A stretch of 64,000 nucleotides of DNA from Scyliorhinus canicula (taxonomy: Eukaryota). The notes below the pieces were generated by a model. It was not told the DNA's origin. It saw nothing but the letters and a program-made list of their open reading frames with translations, and did no database searches. The translations under genes were made by a program, and so were the position numbers. The stretch lies in NCBI RefSeq assembly GCF_902713615.1, contig NC_052157.1:61344146-61408145 (forward strand), in the 5' to 3' direction. This document shows, in pieces, positions 61,800-64,000 of the stretch. Position 1 is the first letter of the stretch; every line of letters starts with the position of its first letter.

Positions 61800-62218
61800 G
61801 TAAGTATGAAAGTTAAACTTGATATATTTTGAAATATTTACTTCAACATTTGTTCCTCAAGTCAGTGATTCTATCCTTTGAGGTTAGAGTCATACAGCTC
61901 TCCTATAAGCAGTTTATTTGTCCCTCATGATCTGGAGTGCATCTTTCATTGTCCTGTATTCAAACAAATACTAATAAGCTGTTCAAATCTGAAGGCGTTG
62001 CCTGACAGAGTGATAGAAGCAAATTAATTCTGAACTTTCAAAAGGGAATTGGATAAATATTTGAAAGGGAAAAAATTGCAGGGTTATGGGGGAAAAAGCA
62101 GGACTGGAGAGGAAGAAATGTTGCAATATTGTGGTGAGATAATACATGGATTTATGCACTGTACTAGAAACAAGGCACCAATAACTTGTGGTGAATTGGG
62201 AAACACATTGTGGATTCA

Positions 62219-64000
62219 TTTTTTTAAAAAATAATTTTTATTGAAAAATGTTGTATTTATATAACAACGAACAGCAATAAAATACCAACAATAACAATAA
62301 CAATAACAATCATAAACATTCGCCCAACCTCAATGAACAACAAAACATATTAACAACAAAGTAAATTAACACAATATTAAGTTAAATAACCATAGAAAAA
62401 ATAGAAAAAATAAAGAACAACCCCCGGTTGCTGCTGCTATTGACCAAGATACTTATCTTTGAGTCAGAAAGTCCAGAAAAGGCTGCCATCGTTTATAGAA
62501 CCCTTGTACTGATCCTCTCAGGGCAAGTTTGACCCTCTCCAATTTTATAAATCCCGCCATGTCACTGATCCAGGACTCCACACTTGGGGGCCTCGCATCC
62601 TTCCACTGCAGCAAGATCCTCCGCCGGGCTACTAGGGACGCAAAGGCCAAAACACCGGCCTCTTTCGCCTCCTGCACTCCCGGCTCCGCTGCAACACCAA
62701 AAATCGCGAGTCCCCAACCTGGTTTGACCCTGGATCCAACCACCCTCGACACCGTCCCCGCCACCCCCTTCCAGAATTCTTCCAGTGCCGGGCATGCCCA
62801 GAGCATATGGGCATGATTCGCTGGACTCCCCAAACACCTGGTGCACCTGTCCTCACCCCCAAAGAACCTACTCATCAGAGTCACAGACATATGGGCCCGA
62901 TGCAGCACCGTAAATTGGATGAGACTAAGCCTTGCACATGAAGAGGAAGAGTTAACCCTCTCCAAGCCATCCGCCCAAGTCCCATCTTCTATCTGCTCCC
63001 CTAGCTCCCCCTCCCATTTAGCCTTCAGCTCCTCCACTGACGACTCCTCCACCTCCTGCATTACCTTATAAATGTCAGACACCTTCCCCTCTCCGACCCA
63101 CACCCCCGAAAGCACTCTGTCCATCGTCCCCCACGAGGGCAGCAAAGGAAATTCCTCCACCTGTCGCTTAGCAAACGCCTTTACCTGCAAGTATCTGAAC
63201 ATGTTCCCTTGGGGGAGCCCAAATTTATCTTCCAATTCCCCCAGGCCCGCAAACCTCCCGCCAATAAACAGGTCCCTCAATTTGCTGATGCCCACCCTAT
63301 ACCACCCCCTAAATCCTCCATCAGTGTTCCCCGGGATGAACCGATGATTTCCACCTAATGGAGCCTCCATCGAGCCCCCCGTTTCCCCCCTATGTCGTCT
63401 CCACTGTCCCCAGATTCTTAGGGTCGCCGCCACCACCGGGCTCGTGGTATACCTCTTAGGAGAGAGTGGCAACGGCGCCGTTACCAAGGCACCCAGGCTC
63501 GTACCTCTACAAGACGCCATCTCCATTCTTTTCCACCCCCCCCCCCCCCCCCCCCCACCTCCATCACCCATTTATGCACCATTGACACATTGGCCGCCCA
63601 ATAGTACCCCAAAAGGTTGGGCAGCGCCAGCCCGCCTCTATCCCTCCCTCGCTCCAGGAAAACCCTCTTCACTCTCGGAGTCCCATGTGCCCACACAAAG
63701 CTCAAAATACTGCTAGTCACCCTCCTAAAGAAGGCCCTGGGGACGAAGATGGGCAGGCACTGAAAGAGGAACAAGAACCTCGGAAGCACCGTCATTTTGA
63801 CGGACTGCACCCTCCCCGCCAACGACAATGGCAACATGTCCCACCTTTTGAACTCCTCCTCCATCTGATCCACAAGCCTGGCGAAATTACGCTTGTGAAG
63901 AGTCCCCCAGTCCCTGGCCACCTGCACCCCCAGGTACCTAAAACTCTCACCTGCCCTCTTAAGCGGGAGCCTACAAATTCCCTCCTCCTGGTCCCCAGGG
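62219..64000 (-). mobile_element. L1 (family 2) 3' portion, continues beyond the window
   Basis: Closely related to 34682-36460; LPRFLFLFQCLP and CARLSLIQF motifs; A-rich tail at 62219. Confidence 0.9.

Overview
Vertebrate genomic DNA, very probably a shark or ray (HE1/V-SINE-type SINEs, a CR1 LINE with a GTTCTAT tail, fish-type L1s). It is overwhelmingly transposable-element derived. Threaded through the repeats on the + strand is one Siglec-family gene with MAG/Siglec-4-like five-Ig architecture. Four tandem V-set exon copies (intact at 14835-15191 and 22496-22852; decayed at ~26040-26174 and 47234-47513) lie upstream of a single intact set of four C2-set exons and a transmembrane exon (49528-61799). 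No leader or cytoplasmic exon is recognisable in the window. The two intact V exons come from a tandem duplication of a Gypsy/SINE/MITE/V-exon block. The left copy later received a near-intact CR1 and a near full-length L1, and the right copy preserves both empty sites. Other notable elements: a Harbinger transposon split by a Gypsy nest, a Harbinger-type MITE family, a SINE>Gypsy>L1 nest, and a pol-less LTR element whose interior is one 979-codon frame (Gag-like N-terminus plus tandem-repeat, low-complexity tail). All alignments and counts were done by eye.
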